Assembly: GCF_046054195.1 (NCBI RefSeq) | Contig: NZ_JBEQCS010000008.1 | Span: 14,090 to 78,089 of the forward strand | Direction of reading: 5' to 3' | From: Celerinatantimonas sp. MCCC 1A17872 | GTDB lineage: Bacteria > Pseudomonadota > Gammaproteobacteria > Enterobacterales > Celerinatantimonadaceae | DNA length: 64,000 nt | Part shown: piece by piece, positions 1 through 9,838 of the stretch | Position numbering within the stretch: position 1 is the stretch's first letter | How the letters are laid out: each line of letters starts with the position of its first letter | Notes under the pieces: generated by a model | The model's input: only the letters and a program-made list of their open reading frames with translations | Told to the model about the DNA's origin: nothing | Database searches by the model: none | Made by a program: the position numbers and the translations under genes

Positions 1-2213
1 CAACAGGGCAAGTACGTGATTTAACGCCACTGATTGAAATGGTTCATGCTCGCAAAGGGATAGCCTGTGTTGGGGCAGACCTGATGTCGCTGGTGTTATT
101 AAAAGCACCCGGTGAGATGGGCGCTGACGTAGTATTTGGTTCAACTCAGCGTTTTGGCGTGCCGATGGGCTACGGTGGTCCGCATGCGGCATTTTTTGCC
201 ACCCGTGATGCGTATAAACGCTCAACTCCGGGACGAATCATTGGGGTATCCAAAGATCGCCGTGGTAAAAACGCTTTGCGTATGGCGTTGCAGACCCGTG
301 AGCAGCATATTCGCCGTGAAAAAGCTAACTCGAATATCTGTACCGCTCAGGTGCTTTTAGCCAACATCGCATCTTTTTATGCTGTCTTTCATGGCCCTCA
401 AGGGTTAAAAACAATCGCTCAGCGTATTCATCGCATGGCTTCTATTGTTGCTGCCGCAGCGCATGCGCACGGTGTGAGTGTTCGCTTTGATCAGTTCTTT
501 GATACCGTTACGCTTGATGGCATTGATAAAGAGCAAGTGCTTGCTCGTTCCCAGCAAGCTCAAATTAACGTACGCAGTGACCTAGATAATGCGGTTGCCG
601 TAAGCCTTGATGAAACCACAACGGCAGCTGATTTAGCTATTTTGCTAGAAGTTTTATTTGGTAAAAGTGAGCAGATTTCAGTGGACGCGTTAGATGAACA
701 AGTGCGCAGCCAGCCGAATATTGCCACAGAACTGCTGCGAGTGTCAGCGATTTTAACGCATCCAGTATTTCATCTGTATCGCAGTGAAACAGAAGTGCTG
801 CGTTATATTCGCCGCTTGGAAGGACGCGATTTGGCGCTTAATCACTCTATGATTGCGCTAGGCTCGTGCACGATGAAATTAAACGCAACCGCGCAGATGA
901 TTCCAATTACTTGGCCAGAATTTGCTAATTTGCACCCATTCTGCCCTAAGGAGCAGGCAGCAGGTTATACCCGGCTTATCGCCCAATTAGAGAAATGGCT
1001 GGTTAATATCACCGGTTATGATGCGATTTGCATGCAGCCAAACTCGGGCGCGCAAGGTGAATACGCAGGATTATTGGCTATTCGCCATTATCAAGCGAGC
1101 ATTAATCAGGCGCAGCGTGATATCTGTTTAATTCCAAGCTCGGCTCATGGGACTAACCCAGCATCAGCACACATGGCTGGCTTAAATGTAGTGGTTGTTG
1201 AGTGTGACAAAGCTGGCAACATCGATGTTGAAGATCTTAAAAGCAAAGCGCAAAAATATTCTGAGCAGCTTTCCTGCATCATGGTGACTTATCCTTCAAC
1301 TCACGGTGTGTATGAACAGAGCATTCGTCAGATCTGCGAGATTATTCACCAATACGGTGGCCAAGTTTATTTAGACGGCGCCAATATGAACGCGCAGGTA
1401 GGGCTGACTTCTCCAGGCTTTATTGGTGCTGATGTATCGCATCTGAATCTGCATAAAACCTTTGCCATCCCTCATGGCGGTGGTGGCCCAGGTATGGGAC
1501 CTATCGGCGTTAAAGCTCATTTGGCTCCGTTTGTTCCAGGCCACAGTGTGGTTAAAGGTGAATCAACCCAACGCGCTGTTTCAGCAGCACCATTTGGGAG
1601 TGCTTCGATTTTACCTATTTCTTGGATGTACATTGCGATGCTCGGCTCTAAAGGATTACGCCGCGCCAGTGAAGTTGCAATTTTAAATGCGAACTACATC
1701 GCTAAATCGCTTAGCGAGCATTATCCAATTTTGTATACAGGTAATAATGGTCGCGTGGCGCATGAATGTATTATCGATTTGCGGCCATTGAAAGAGCAAA
1801 GTGGTATTAGCGAACTAGATATTGCTAAACGCTTAAATGACTATGGTTTCCATGCGCCAACGATGAGTTTCCCAGTGGCTGGAACGTTGATGGTTGAGCC
1901 AACTGAAAGTGAGTCAAAAGCTGAATTGGATCGTTTTATCGAAGCGATGATAGCGATTCGTCATGAAGCAGACCAAGTGAGTGCAGGCCAATGGCCAAGT
2001 GATGATAATCCGCTGGTGAATGCGCCGCATACTTTGGATGACTTAATCGAAGAGAACTGGACGCATCCATATTCAAAAGATATTGCTGCCTATCCATCAA
2101 TTGCGGTTCGCGCTAATAAATTCTGGCCTTATGTGAATCGTATTGACGATGTTTATGGCGACAGAAATCTCTTTTGTTCGTGTCTGCCACTTGATGCGTA
2201 TCGTGAAGAATAA
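1..2213 (+). CDS. gcvP: Glycine dehydrogenase (decarboxylating), glycine cleavage P protein. The 5' end lies outside the window; the C-terminal ~730 aa are present.
   Basis: The ORF runs in frame from the window edge. It carries the PLP-enzyme motifs of GcvP ([18 protein letters not shown]) and matches the length of the C-terminal 3/4 of the ~955-aa protein. Confidence 0.9.
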   Translation, partial: TGQVRDLTPLIEMVHARKGIACVGADLMSLVLLKAPGEMGADVVFGSTQRFGVPMGYGGPHAAFFATRDAYKRSTPGRIIGVSKDRRGKNALRMALQTREQHIRREKANSNICTAQVLLANIASFYAVFHGPQGLKTIAQRIHRMASIVAAAAHAHGVSVRFDQFFDTVTLDGIDKEQVLARSQQAQINVRSDLDNAVAVSLDETTTAADLAILLEVLFGKSEQISVDALDEQVRSQPNIATELLRVSAILTHPVFHLYRSETEVLRYIRRLEGRDLALNHSMIALGSCTMKLNATAQMIPITWPEFANLHPFCPKEQAAGYTRLIAQLEKWLVNITGYDAICMQPNSGAQGEYAGLLAIRHYQASINQAQRDICLIPSSAHGTNPASAHMAGLNVVVVECDKAGNIDVEDLKSKAQKYSEQLSCIMVTYPSTHGVYEQSIRQICEIIHQYGGQVYLDGANMNAQVGLTSPGFIGADVSHLNLHKTFAIPHGGGGPGMGPIGVKAHLAPFVPGHSVVKGESTQRAVSAAPFGSASILPISWMYIAMLGSKGLRRASEVAILNANYIAKSLSEHYPILYTGNNGRVAHECIIDLRPLKEQSGISELDIAKRLNDYGFHAPTMSFPVAGTLMVEPTESESKAELDRFIEAMIAIRHEADQVSAGQWPSDDNPLVNAPHTLDDLIEENWTHPYSKDIAAYPSIAVRANKFWPYVNRIDDVYGDRNLFCSCLPLDAYREE

Positions 2214-2312
2214 GTGTTTGTGAGGGCGAGGAATGAAGTTGGTTAACGATTTAATGAAGATGGTTATTTTAATTAAGTTGGTTAATCGATCATTCTAGTA
2301 CTCTTTGATGAA

Positions 2313-2337
2313 GGCGAGCCGAGAGGTTCGCCTTTTT
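2313..2337 (+). terminator. Rho-independent terminator of gcvP
   Basis: GC-rich hairpin GGCGAGCC-GAGA-GGTTCGCC followed by a TTTTT run, ~100 nt after the gcvP stop codon. Confidence 0.6.
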
Positions 2338-2553
2338 ACTAAGTTGCCTTGCCTAAATTGTTCATGCCCATCAACGTGTCAGCTTGATCTTAGCTGGCAC
2401 GAAAATGCTCCAAAACGAGTTAACTCGTTGTCTGAGGCGCAGTCAAAAACAGACGTTCTAGTCTAGAAATTTTCGTCCTAACTTCGTGCGCGTTTTCACA
2501 TTCCAATATGAATAAATGTTCTTAAAATCATGTGATTATAAAATCTATGGGTT

Positions 2554-2702
2554 AGATAATAGGTGGAAAAACGCGCATACGCGTTTTTCCAGATGGTATA
2601 TTTAATAGAATGCTGATAAGTTCTTTTTATACAGATAGTTAACTGTGCGCGTTTTTACTGGCCAAACAAGATAAATGCGCATGCGCACTAATAAAATGTT
2701 AT
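2554..2702 (+). repeat. ~150-bp repeat, copy A. It contains two palindromes (AAAACGCGCATACGCGTTTT and AAATGCGCATGCGCACT) and ends in GTTATG.
   Basis: ~93% identical to 12870-13019. Both copies end 16-18 nt upstream of a cassette ORF start. Confidence 0.8.
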
Positions 2703-2718
2703 GCGTACTAGGAAATAA

Positions 2719-3048
2719 ATGGAATTACCTTCATACGAAAAAGATCATTATGAATTAGACAACGGAGAAGAAATTCACCGTGAATATCCTGATTCATTTT
2801 GGATCCCTGAGGCGGCCAAAAGAGAATCTCTAAAGCCTGGTGATATTGTTAAGCTTATTTTTCGCTTGGAAGAAACTAAAGGCTCGGATGAAATATCGGT
2901 TGAGCGCATGTGGGTGGAAGTAACAGAGGTAACCCCTCCTTTTTATAAAGGTACTTTAGACAATGACCCGATAGACAGTGATTGTGTAGTCTGCGGGCAG
3001 TCAGTTACTCTCAATCCATGCCATGTAATTGCAATTTATGAAGAATGA
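2719..3048 (+). CDS. Cassette-borne hypothetical protein, tentatively DUF2314-like
   Basis: 109-aa ORF followed directly by an attC site. The ERMWVEVTEV motif is reminiscent of DUF2314. Confidence 0.5.
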   Translation: MELPSYEKDHYELDNGEEIHREYPDSFWIPEAAKRESLKPGDIVKLIFRLEETKGSDEISVERMWVEVTEVTPPFYKGTLDNDPIDSDCVVCGQSVTLNPCHVIAIYEE

Positions 3049-3053
3049 AACAC

Positions 3054-3125
3054 ATAACAAGGCAAGGCAGCATCACACCTTTGGTGTTGGACTCGCTAAA
3101 GCTCGCCGCTGCTTGCGGCGTTATG
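3054..3125 (+). other. attC recombination site (integron cassette boundary)
   Basis: Starts with ATAACAA just after the stop codon and ends GGCGTTATGT. Carries internal imperfect inverted repeats. Confidence 0.55.
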
Positions 3126-3139
3126 TCGCAAGGTGATTT

Positions 3140-3409
3140 ATGGAATGGGCTCTTATCGAGGCTGAATTGATGGCAGCATTCGAATTACTGCCGAGCAATA
3201 CAGTAGAGTCTGATAACGGCTACAGAAAAGATGATTTCTTAGACCATATCAATGCAAATGAACTGCTGTTAGCTATGGAAGAGCTAGATGGGGTAATCGA
3301 AGATAATCCAAGCCCTTCTAAGGAGTTTTGGCATCACTTAATTAGTGCCTCAAAGCTGATGGGCAATATTCATCTAATCAAATATGAGTCCGTATTAAAT
3401 GCAACATAA
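3140..3409 (+). CDS. Cassette-borne hypothetical protein (89 aa)
   Basis: ORF bracketed by attC sites. No recognisable motif. Confidence 0.45.
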   Translation: MEWALIEAELMAAFELLPSNTVESDNGYRKDDFLDHINANELLLAMEELDGVIEDNPSPSKEFWHHLISASKLMGNIHLIKYESVLNAT

Positions 3410-3490
3410 CAAGCCGCTCAAATTCGTTCCGGCCACAAAAAGCGTGGCCTCCACCGGACTCGCCAACGCTCGCTGTTTAGCGGGGCATTA
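3406..3490 (+). other. attC site with a degenerate right end
   Basis: ATAACAA overlaps the stop codon. The right end GTTTAGCGGGGCATTAG is imperfect. Confidence 0.4.
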
Positions 3491-3498
3491 GAGGTCTT

Positions 3499-3789
3499 AT
3501 GGAGATCGTAGAATTTCATGGAGTAAGGTGTCTTGAAAAGCCGCTTGAGGATTGGCAGAAATTTGTATGCAAGCATCTTAAAGATATGGTTACCGACCCA
3601 GAGTGTGGAAAGCCATCGTCAGTAAATCGAGTGCTCCAAGATGGCAGTAGAACATCAGAGATTTTCTTAATAGTTAATGGTCCATTGCCAGACATTGAGT
3701 CGGGTACAAATTCACCTCTCATTAAAAAATCTGACCATATTGAGTGTGGCCAATGTTGGATTAACGTGTATGCATCAAAAAACCTCTAA
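3499..3789 (+). CDS. Cassette-borne hypothetical protein (96 aa)
   Basis: ORF between attC sites. Confidence 0.45.
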   Translation: MEIVEFHGVRCLEKPLEDWQKFVCKHLKDMVTDPECGKPSSVNRVLQDGSRTSEIFLIVNGPLPDIESGTNSPLIKKSDHIECGQCWINVYASKNL

Positions 3790-3870
3790 CAAAGCGTTGA
3801 AATCAGTCGCTGCGCTCCTTGGAACCTCCAAAAGCTACGCTTTTCCCGGCCCTTTAACACGGCGTTATAT
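3787..3870 (+). other. attC site
   Basis: TAACAAAGCG on the left and GGCGTTATAT on the right. Confidence 0.6.
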
Positions 3871-3882
3871 GTTGGAGAGTTA

Positions 3883-4287
3883 ATGCCACAATTAGAACAA
3901 ATATTGACGGAATGGCTTTCTAATAAATTAAGTGATTCAGAATATTATAAGTATCTTATTGACCATTGTAGTGAATGTGAAAGTAGATTCACACGAGGCA
4001 AGTTTTTACAGCTTAAACATTTTAATCGCGTAGTAGCTCGTGAAATTTTAGATGAGCTCGCACCTTGTGATTTTTGTAACAAGGAATTTACGATAGAGAA
4101 GCTTTTTTCATTACGCGATAATCCGAATTTTGAACTAATTAACAAACCAGATTTTGTTAATATTAGTTTTCCGTATTCAGGTGTAATGGGTCCAGAGCAA
4201 TATGCTCGATGTAAAAAATGTGGAAGTATACTTTTGTTTATCGCACCAGAACGGGAATTTAAAGGTTGGTGGGGTAAGGTGGGGTAA
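3883..4287 (+). CDS. Cassette-borne Cys-rich hypothetical protein (134 aa)
   Basis: ORF with CxxC…CxxC spacing (CSECE…CDFCN…CKKCG) followed by an attC site. Confidence 0.5.
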   Translation: MPQLEQILTEWLSNKLSDSEYYKYLIDHCSECESRFTRGKFLQLKHFNRVVAREILDELAPCDFCNKEFTIEKLFSLRDNPNFELINKPDFVNISFPYSGVMGPEQYARCKKCGSILLFIAPEREFKGWWGKVG

Positions 4288-4385
4288 AACATATAATAAA
4301 TCGCTGCAATTGACAAAATAACTGTCACGAATTTTGGTTCCCAAAATGTAGCGCCAGCTATTTTGCAACTGAGCTCAGCGTTAGG
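4285..4385 (+). other. attC site, family B (shared core …AATAACTGTCACGAATTTTGGTTCCCAAAATGTAGCGCCA…GCTCAGCGTTAG)
   Basis: Near-identical copies at 13452-13545 and 14102-14195. Ends GCGTTAGGG. Confidence 0.65.
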
Positions 4386-4393
4386 GCTCAGAT

Positions 4394-4723
4394 ATGAATC
4401 GAGCATTTGGGAAAGTATTCAAAAGCGAAAATGGCATTGGGTACGGCGTAATCAGAAAAACCAAGGAGCCATTTCCTGAAGTTTTATCGGCTTCGGAGGT
4501 CCTGGCCGAAGACGATTGTGGTAACTATTTGGTTTTACTAAATGATGCCGTTTGCTTCTGGGATCACGAAACAAATGAGATCGAGGTTCTTTCTAATTCA
4601 ATAGATGAATTCGTTTCAAGGTGCTCGACTCCAGAAGAAGTAGAACTAGAGCCAGGCCAAGTTGAATCGGCTTGGATAGACCCCAAGTTTGCGAAGAAAT
4701 TCGGCATCACGAGCAAGTCCTAA
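4394..4723 (+). CDS. Cassette protein, possibly SMI1/KNR4 (SUKH) immunity-like
   Basis: 109 aa with GNYLVLL…VCFWDHETNE, which resembles the SUKH C-terminal motif. Confidence 0.45.
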   Translation: MNRAFGKVFKSENGIGYGVIRKTKEPFPEVLSASEVLAEDDCGNYLVLLNDAVCFWDHETNEIEVLSNSIDEFVSRCSTPEEVELEPGQVESAWIDPKFAKKFGITSKS

Positions 4724-4755
4724 CAAACGCATTAAAGTGGGCGGAGCGTTATAAC
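4721..4755 (+). other. Very short (35 bp) attC-like site
   Basis: TAACAAACGC…GCGTTATAAC with only ~15 bp between the core motifs. Confidence 0.35.
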
Positions 4756-4760
4756 CCAAA

Positions 4761-5276
4761 ATGATCATTGAGCAAGCGCTAGAATTCCTAGGCAAACATC
4801 AGCCTTTGCCATCGGATGAAGAAATATCAGAAGCTGAGATTGATACTTTCAACGAAGTAAGAAAGTTCCTGATTTCAAACCCTGACGAACGTGCAATTCC
4901 TCTTGTACTAAATGCGTTTGGCGATGAAGACGGATTTGGCGTCTACCAGGTTTGTGATGACATATTTAGACCATTTAAACCTGAGGTTGTTTTACCTCAC
5001 TTAAAAAATGAATTGGCAAGTAAACATTACGGGGTTCGCTATTGGGCTGCCCAGTGGGCAATGGAAATCAATTCACTTGATATAGTTCCTGAAATAAACG
5101 CTATGCTAGCAACCCCGGAAGATACGGAGGCTCACTATTATTGTGTTGCCGCGCTCATGGATATATGGCAAAAGACAAAAAATCCGTTTGTGTCTAAGTC
5201 AATAATTGAATTAGGCGGTAAATCCAAGAATACAGATATCTCAGAGCTAATCGATGAACACAAAACACAAAAATAA
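4761..5276 (+). CDS. Cassette-borne hypothetical protein (171 aa)
   Basis: ORF followed by an attC site. Helical-repeat-like sequence. Confidence 0.5.
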   Translation: MIIEQALEFLGKHQPLPSDEEISEAEIDTFNEVRKFLISNPDERAIPLVLNAFGDEDGFGVYQVCDDIFRPFKPEVVLPHLKNELASKHYGVRYWAAQWAMEINSLDIVPEINAMLATPEDTEAHYYCVAALMDIWQKTKNPFVSKSIIELGGKSKNTDISELIDEHKTQK

Positions 5277-5280
5277 GGTT

Positions 5281-5334
5281 ATAACAAAGCAATGTTGCGG
5301 ACTCGCTCTGCTCGCGCGCAAATTGTGGCGTTAG
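5281..5334 (+). other. attC site
   Basis: ATAACAAAGC…GGCGTTAGTTG. Confidence 0.55.
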
Positions 5335-5739
5335 TTGTTAAAAAGTCCGGAGATATTAATGACGTCAAAAGAGGTAGTGATTTCATTTTGGGAAGCGATG
5401 AAATCCAATGATTTTACCAACGCTTGTGAATGGCTTTCCGAAGATTTTGAAGGTTTTTGGCCTCAGAGTTCCGAACTTATTGTTGGACGTAAAAATTTTA
5501 CAGCAATAAACAGTTATTATCCTGCAAACGGAAAATGGTTATTTGACATCAATTCTATAGTTTGTGAGGACAAAACGGTTGTAACGGATATATCAATCAC
5601 TGATGGTGAATTCAAAGCACGAGCAATAACATTTCACACAGTCGAAAATGATTTAATTAAGAAGCAAGTAGAATTTTGGCCAGAAGATTATCCAGCACCG
5701 GAGTGGCGCTCGAAATGGGTCAAAAGGGTAGAAGTGTGA
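5335..5739 (+). CDS. SnoaL/NTF2-like cassette protein
   Basis: The N-terminal pattern SKEVVISFWEAMKSNDF… is typical of the SnoaL_2/NTF2 fold. The ATG at 5359 is an alternative start. Confidence 0.5.
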   Translation: MLKSPEILMTSKEVVISFWEAMKSNDFTNACEWLSEDFEGFWPQSSELIVGRKNFTAINSYYPANGKWLFDINSIVCEDKTVVTDISITDGEFKARAITFHTVENDLIKKQVEFWPEDYPAPEWRSKWVKRVEV

Positions 5740-5747
5740 AATACAAC

Positions 5748-5850
5748 TAACAAAGCAAAACAATGGACGCTTAACGCTTCGGTGCTTGTTGTTTTAGGTT
5801 TTAAATGTGCTGTAACATTGGTGAAAGCGCCACTGTTTGCGGCGTTAAGT
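5748..5850 (+). other. attC site
   Basis: TAACAAAGC…GCGGCGTTAAGT. Confidence 0.55.
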
Positions 5851-5869
5851 TTTTCTTGAGTTGAAGTAG

Positions 5870-6229
5870 ATGAGCGAGCCATTTGATAGATCAATTCCTG
5901 GATACACAGAGCTGACGGATTGGCCTAAGCCACCGCTATATCCTGAAAAGATAACCGAAATATGTCTTTATCGAAATGGAGCGGTTGTTGTCGTAATACA
6001 TGGAGGTTTGAGCTTCAATTTTGAGCCAAGTCTTGGGCGCCTCTGTTATGGTGAGAGTCATAGAGACGAAAATGCTGCCTTTATTAAAAAGGACTCACCA
6101 TTCGAAGCGCAGCTATATGCTTATCTGGAAGCTGCGAGAAAGAAATTGAGTCATGAAGAGTTTTCTGTATCAGATATCAAGCTTTTCAATAATTGTTTTA
6201 GCAAAGCCAAGGTTTATTCTAGTGTGTAA
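5870..6229 (+). CDS. Cassette-borne hypothetical protein (119 aa)
   Basis: ORF between attC sites. Confidence 0.45.
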   Translation: MSEPFDRSIPGYTELTDWPKPPLYPEKITEICLYRNGAVVVVIHGGLSFNFEPSLGRLCYGESHRDENAAFIKKDSPFEAQLYAYLEAARKKLSHEEFSVSDIKLFNNCFSKAKVYSSV

Positions 6230-6328
6230 AAACAGAACAATACAATCAATACCCGCCAGCAAGTTGGCTCGGATCTCTGTTCCGGCGCGTCGCTCCTTCA
6301 CTACGGCCCGTTATTGTAGGCGTTAGCA
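6230..6328 (+). other. attC site
   Basis: Ends GTAGGCGTTAGCA. Confidence 0.45.
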
Positions 6329-6343
6329 GAATAGAAGGAATAT

Positions 6344-6775
6344 TTGATGTCAGTGGAAGAAGTGGTTAGAGGTTTTATTGAACAAGTAAGGTCTGGGAAA
6401 AATCCAGACTTAGTCAGCAAGTATCTAGCCCCAGTAGTTGTAGCGCATCAGATTGTTTCTGGAGTCTCAGAAGCAATTGAAAGAACACCTGAAAACTATC
6501 GTGAACATGTAGAAGAATTTTTAGAAGTTTACGGTCATTTCGAGCTCTCAATCGAAGAGTTTTTGGTTCAAGGTCAAAAGGTTTATGTGCGTTGGCGTCA
6601 AGACGGTCACCATGAAGGTGTAATTTATGGTTACGAGCCGACAGGTCTAGAACTTTCTACAGTAGGAAGCGCTGTGTACCGAGTTAGTGAAAATCAAATA
6701 GTGGAATATTGGATTCAACAAGAGAATCAAGGTTTACGAGAGCAGTTGGAAACCAACCTTAAGAAATTCAGCTAA
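6344..6775 (+). CDS. SnoaL-like ester-cyclase family protein
   Basis: EEVVRGFIEQV…YLAPVVVAHQ matches the ester cyclase/SnoaL N-terminal signature. Confidence 0.6.
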   Translation: MMSVEEVVRGFIEQVRSGKNPDLVSKYLAPVVVAHQIVSGVSEAIERTPENYREHVEEFLEVYGHFELSIEEFLVQGQKVYVRWRQDGHHEGVIYGYEPTGLELSTVGSAVYRVSENQIVEYWIQQENQGLREQLETNLKKFS

Positions 6776-6840
6776 CAAACGAGTATGTGTAGAGGCTTTT
6801 GTGTAGCGTCGTTACTCGCACAGTTAATTAGGTGTTAGCT
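6773..6840 (+). other. attC site
   Basis: TAACAAACG…GGTGTTAGCT. The internal TGTGTAGCGTCGTTACTCGCACAGTTAAT stretch recurs at 7799-7830. Confidence 0.55.
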
Positions 6841-6856
6841 TGCTCCCTTTGTGTAA

Positions 6857-7351
6857 TTAGCTCAAGCTGGCCCGAACATCTGCAATCGTGATAAATAACT
6901 TGTTTTCAGCATGTTGAAATGCAGTGAAGCCGTATTTCTCGTAAAAGTGCAATGCGCCATCTTTTGCGTCAACGATAACGACTGGAAAGGCTACAGTGTC
7001 ACTAGCTGTTAATAATTTACGAAGGGCATCAATGAGTAACCATTCGCCGAATCCTTGGCCTTTGTAGCGTTCATCAACGGCTAAACGGGCAATAAGTCCG
7101 CCAGACGTTGATGAATGGTGTTTTTTTTGAAGTTTGCTCGGTAAAGCTTTTAGATCAATTGGTGTCATGGTTAAGGTATAAAACCCAATAACTTTCGAGT
7201 TATCGGTTTCATCTTCCAGAACAAAGGTTCTGGTATTATCTTTTTTAGCTTGTTGACTGGCCATAACTTTCAGATAGTTATTGAGCGCGTTGATACCACA
7301 GTTGAATCGGTTTCTATCATGTTTAGCCTTGTCGAGAAGTACCGTATTCAT
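6857..7351 (-). CDS. GNAT-family acetyltransferase toxin (TacT/KacT-like), in an inverted cassette
   Basis: 164 aa with a GNAT fold (…FYEKYGFTAF…). Overlaps the upstream DUF1778 antitoxin gene by 4 bp. Confidence 0.7.
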   Translation of the reverse strand: MNTVLLDKAKHDRNRFNCGINALNNYLKVMASQQAKKDNTRTFVLEDETDNSKVIGFYTLTMTPIDLKALPSKLQKKHHSSTSGGLIARLAVDERYKGQGFGEWLLIDALRKLLTASDTVAFPVVIVDAKDGALHFYEKYGFTAFQHAENKLFITIADVRASLS

Positions 7352-7623
7352 TGTTGAGTTTTTCCTTCGTAGCGCTGGGCTGCCACTTTCAGTTTTGTAT
7401 TCGCTTTTGCTGGTTGGTCGAGAGCATCCATCAGTAACATAGCGTCAATTCTGCTTAGTTTGAGGGTTTCTTCACGCTCGATAACCTGTTTAGCTTTTTC
7501 AATGGCAGCGTTCAGTACAAAAGAATTAATGCTAGACATACCGGTAATGGCAGCGGCTGTAGTCAGTAAATCTTGTGTATCAACATCTACTCTGGCAGTG
7601 ATACGGGGTAATGTAGAGGCCAT
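7348..7623 (-). CDS. DUF1778 (RHH) antitoxin partnered with the GNAT toxin
   Basis: 91 aa preceding the GNAT gene. This is the typical type II TA arrangement seen in superintegron cassettes. Confidence 0.7.
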   Translation of the reverse strand: MASTLPRITARVDVDTQDLLTTAAAITGMSSINSFVLNAAIEKAKQVIEREETLKLSRIDAMLLMDALDQPAKANTKLKVAAQRYEGKTQQ

Positions 7624-7734
7624 AGTTTTCTCCTTTGTGTCAAAGTGTCACACAAAACATTATGGTATTAAAGTCAAAATTAATCAATAAAAGTGTCACT
7701 TTGGCACATAAATAACAAGTTGTTAAACCGTAAT

Positions 7735-7839
7735 TTGTAACGCGCGGTATTCTTGGTTTGCAGGTAATTTGGTTTTTATAAAGCTGTGTAGCAGCTTCTG
7801 TGTAGCGTCGTTACTCGCACAGTTAATTTGGCGTTATGC
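7735..7839 (+). other. attC site closing the inverted TA cassette
   Basis: Ends TTGGCGTTATGC and shares internal sequence with attC 6773-6840. Confidence 0.45.
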
Positions 7840-8541
7840 ATAAAAAAGAATAACCAAAATGATTAATGGTATTTTGAAAATTTCAGAAAGCATTTATATC
7901 TTGCTTAAATTCAGAACGAGAATTAAAACTGCCTAGTGATATTTTAAAATAATTAATTATTTATAATTAGTACTTTGCTTACGTAAATAAATTCGTTGCT
8001 CTCACTTGAGCATTATGGGCAATCAATCAGTGTATTAGCTGATTGTTTTTTATTGATAACAACAATATTAGCAGGATATTTAGCCTGTTACTTCATGCCG
8101 TGAAACTATAATGATTCGCCATTTCTCTAATCTAATTCTGAGGGTTAACTCAATATTTATTTCGTGTTGGAAGCATCTAATAGTGGCTATGACAGTAAGC
8201 ATGAAATACCTGTTGCCACAGCTTTGAAATGAAACTCTAAGCTATACGTAACCTGCCTGTTCGAAGAGGAAAAAAGTGGACAATCAGGAGTTTTAATTAG
8301 ATTTATATTGATAGATTTGTCTGTATTTAAAGGTTGGCTAAAAAAGAATATAAGTAAAAAACTGCTGAAGATGTTTTTTTCTAGGAATTAGTTATGAACT
8401 GGGCAAATAAAGTCTGAATTAAAATTATAAAAGAAAGTATTTCATATAATTGTCTGCATCTGTATATTACACTAATTAGTAGCCAGTCTTGTCATTGTAA
8501 TATATTATCGAGCTGATTTTTCGTAATGGACTATAACTGAG

Positions 8542-9789
8542 TTGTATATGGATGACGTTTTATCTTCTTGCCTAAATGCTGAAGGAATGTCAGCACAATG
8601 CGTTTATGACAAAATTAATCAAGAGCTAGAAACCGATGGTGATCGGTATAAGGATCTTGGTAGTTTTACTGCTGTACAAATGAATCCTCAAGCCCGTCAG
8701 TTGGTGATGGATAATATGGGTATCAACCTCATCAACCAAAACGAGTTTCCGCAAACAACTAAAATTCACCAGATCTTAGTAACCACATTAGCCACGCTAC
8801 TGCATGCGCCAGATCAACAGCAAGTGACGGGATGTTCGACATCTGGATCGTCTGAAGCTTGTGCGATTGCCATGGTGGCCCATAAAGGTCGCTGGAAAGA
8901 ACGTGCGGCATTGACGGATAGACCCAATATCGTTTTAGGTTCGAATGCGCATTTATGCTGGCGAAAATTTGCCACTTATTTCGATATTGAAGTTCGGGAA
9001 GTGGTATTTAAAGATTTTAATCAGTATCCACTCGAAGATATGTTATCCCTGGTGGACCAAAACACTATCTGTGTTGTTGCCGTTATGGGATCAACCTATA
9101 CAGGGTTCTGTGAACCGATCAAGGCTATTAATGATGGACTAACTGAGCTTAATCAGCGTCATGGCTGGAATGTTGGTATTCATGTCGATGCTGCTACTGG
9201 CGGCTTTATCCGTCCGTTTATAGATGACTCATCTTTACCTGACTGGGATTTTACTTTACCGCTGGTCCAGTCTATTAATTTGTCCGGGCATAAATATGGT
9301 TTGGTTTATCCCGGTATAGGCTGGTTAATATTGCGGGACGAGACCATTTTGCCCGACAAAATGAATATGACCGCCAGTTATTTAACTGGGGAGACTCAGT
9401 CTTTTGCTATTACTTTTTCTCGTTCATCCGCTTTAGTTATTGCCCAATATTTTAATTTTCTCTTTTATGGCATCGCAGGTTATAAGGCTGTGATAGCAAA
9501 TTGTCTAAAACATGCCAAACAACTAACGTCAGTGTTGAATAAATTAGATGGCATTAAAGTGATTAGCGAACAGACATTGCCAATAGTTGCTTTTTTACTA
9601 GAAGATGATACCGGTGAGTTGTCAGAGACATTTACCGCGCAACTTAAACAAAAAGGTTGGTTGATTCCCTGCTATATGATGCCAAGCAATATTAAACAGA
9701 AAGTAATGCGAATTGTCATTCGGGAAGATATGACAAATGCCCGTCTGGACGAATTAATTCAGGATATTTGTGAGGTACATGCCAGATGA
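8542..9789 (+). CDS. Group II PLP-dependent decarboxylase, glutamate decarboxylase (GadB)-like
   Basis: The NLSGHKYGLVYPGIGWLILRD block parallels GadB [21 protein letters not shown], and the C-terminal half aligns colinearly with GadB. Preceded by 700 bp of AT-rich non-coding DNA. Confidence 0.75.
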   Translation: MYMDDVLSSCLNAEGMSAQCVYDKINQELETDGDRYKDLGSFTAVQMNPQARQLVMDNMGINLINQNEFPQTTKIHQILVTTLATLLHAPDQQQVTGCSTSGSSEACAIAMVAHKGRWKERAALTDRPNIVLGSNAHLCWRKFATYFDIEVREVVFKDFNQYPLEDMLSLVDQNTICVVAVMGSTYTGFCEPIKAINDGLTELNQRHGWNVGIHVDAATGGFIRPFIDDSSLPDWDFTLPLVQSINLSGHKYGLVYPGIGWLILRDETILPDKMNMTASYLTGETQSFAITFSRSSALVIAQYFNFLFYGIAGYKAVIANCLKHAKQLTSVLNKLDGIKVISEQTLPIVAFLLEDDTGELSETFTAQLKQKGWLIPCYMMPSNIKQKVMRIVIREDMTNARLDELIQDICEVHAR

Positions 9790-9838
9790 ATGTTGTTTTG
9801 TGTTTGACCAAAGGATTGGGAATTGGGGCATATTGGAT

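Noticed and set aside
2214-2553. attI site or intI remnant between gcvP and the first repeat
   Set aside because: There is no ORF with integrase-like translation in any frame. No recognisable attI, and only the gcvP terminator, is present. I cannot support more than non-coding.
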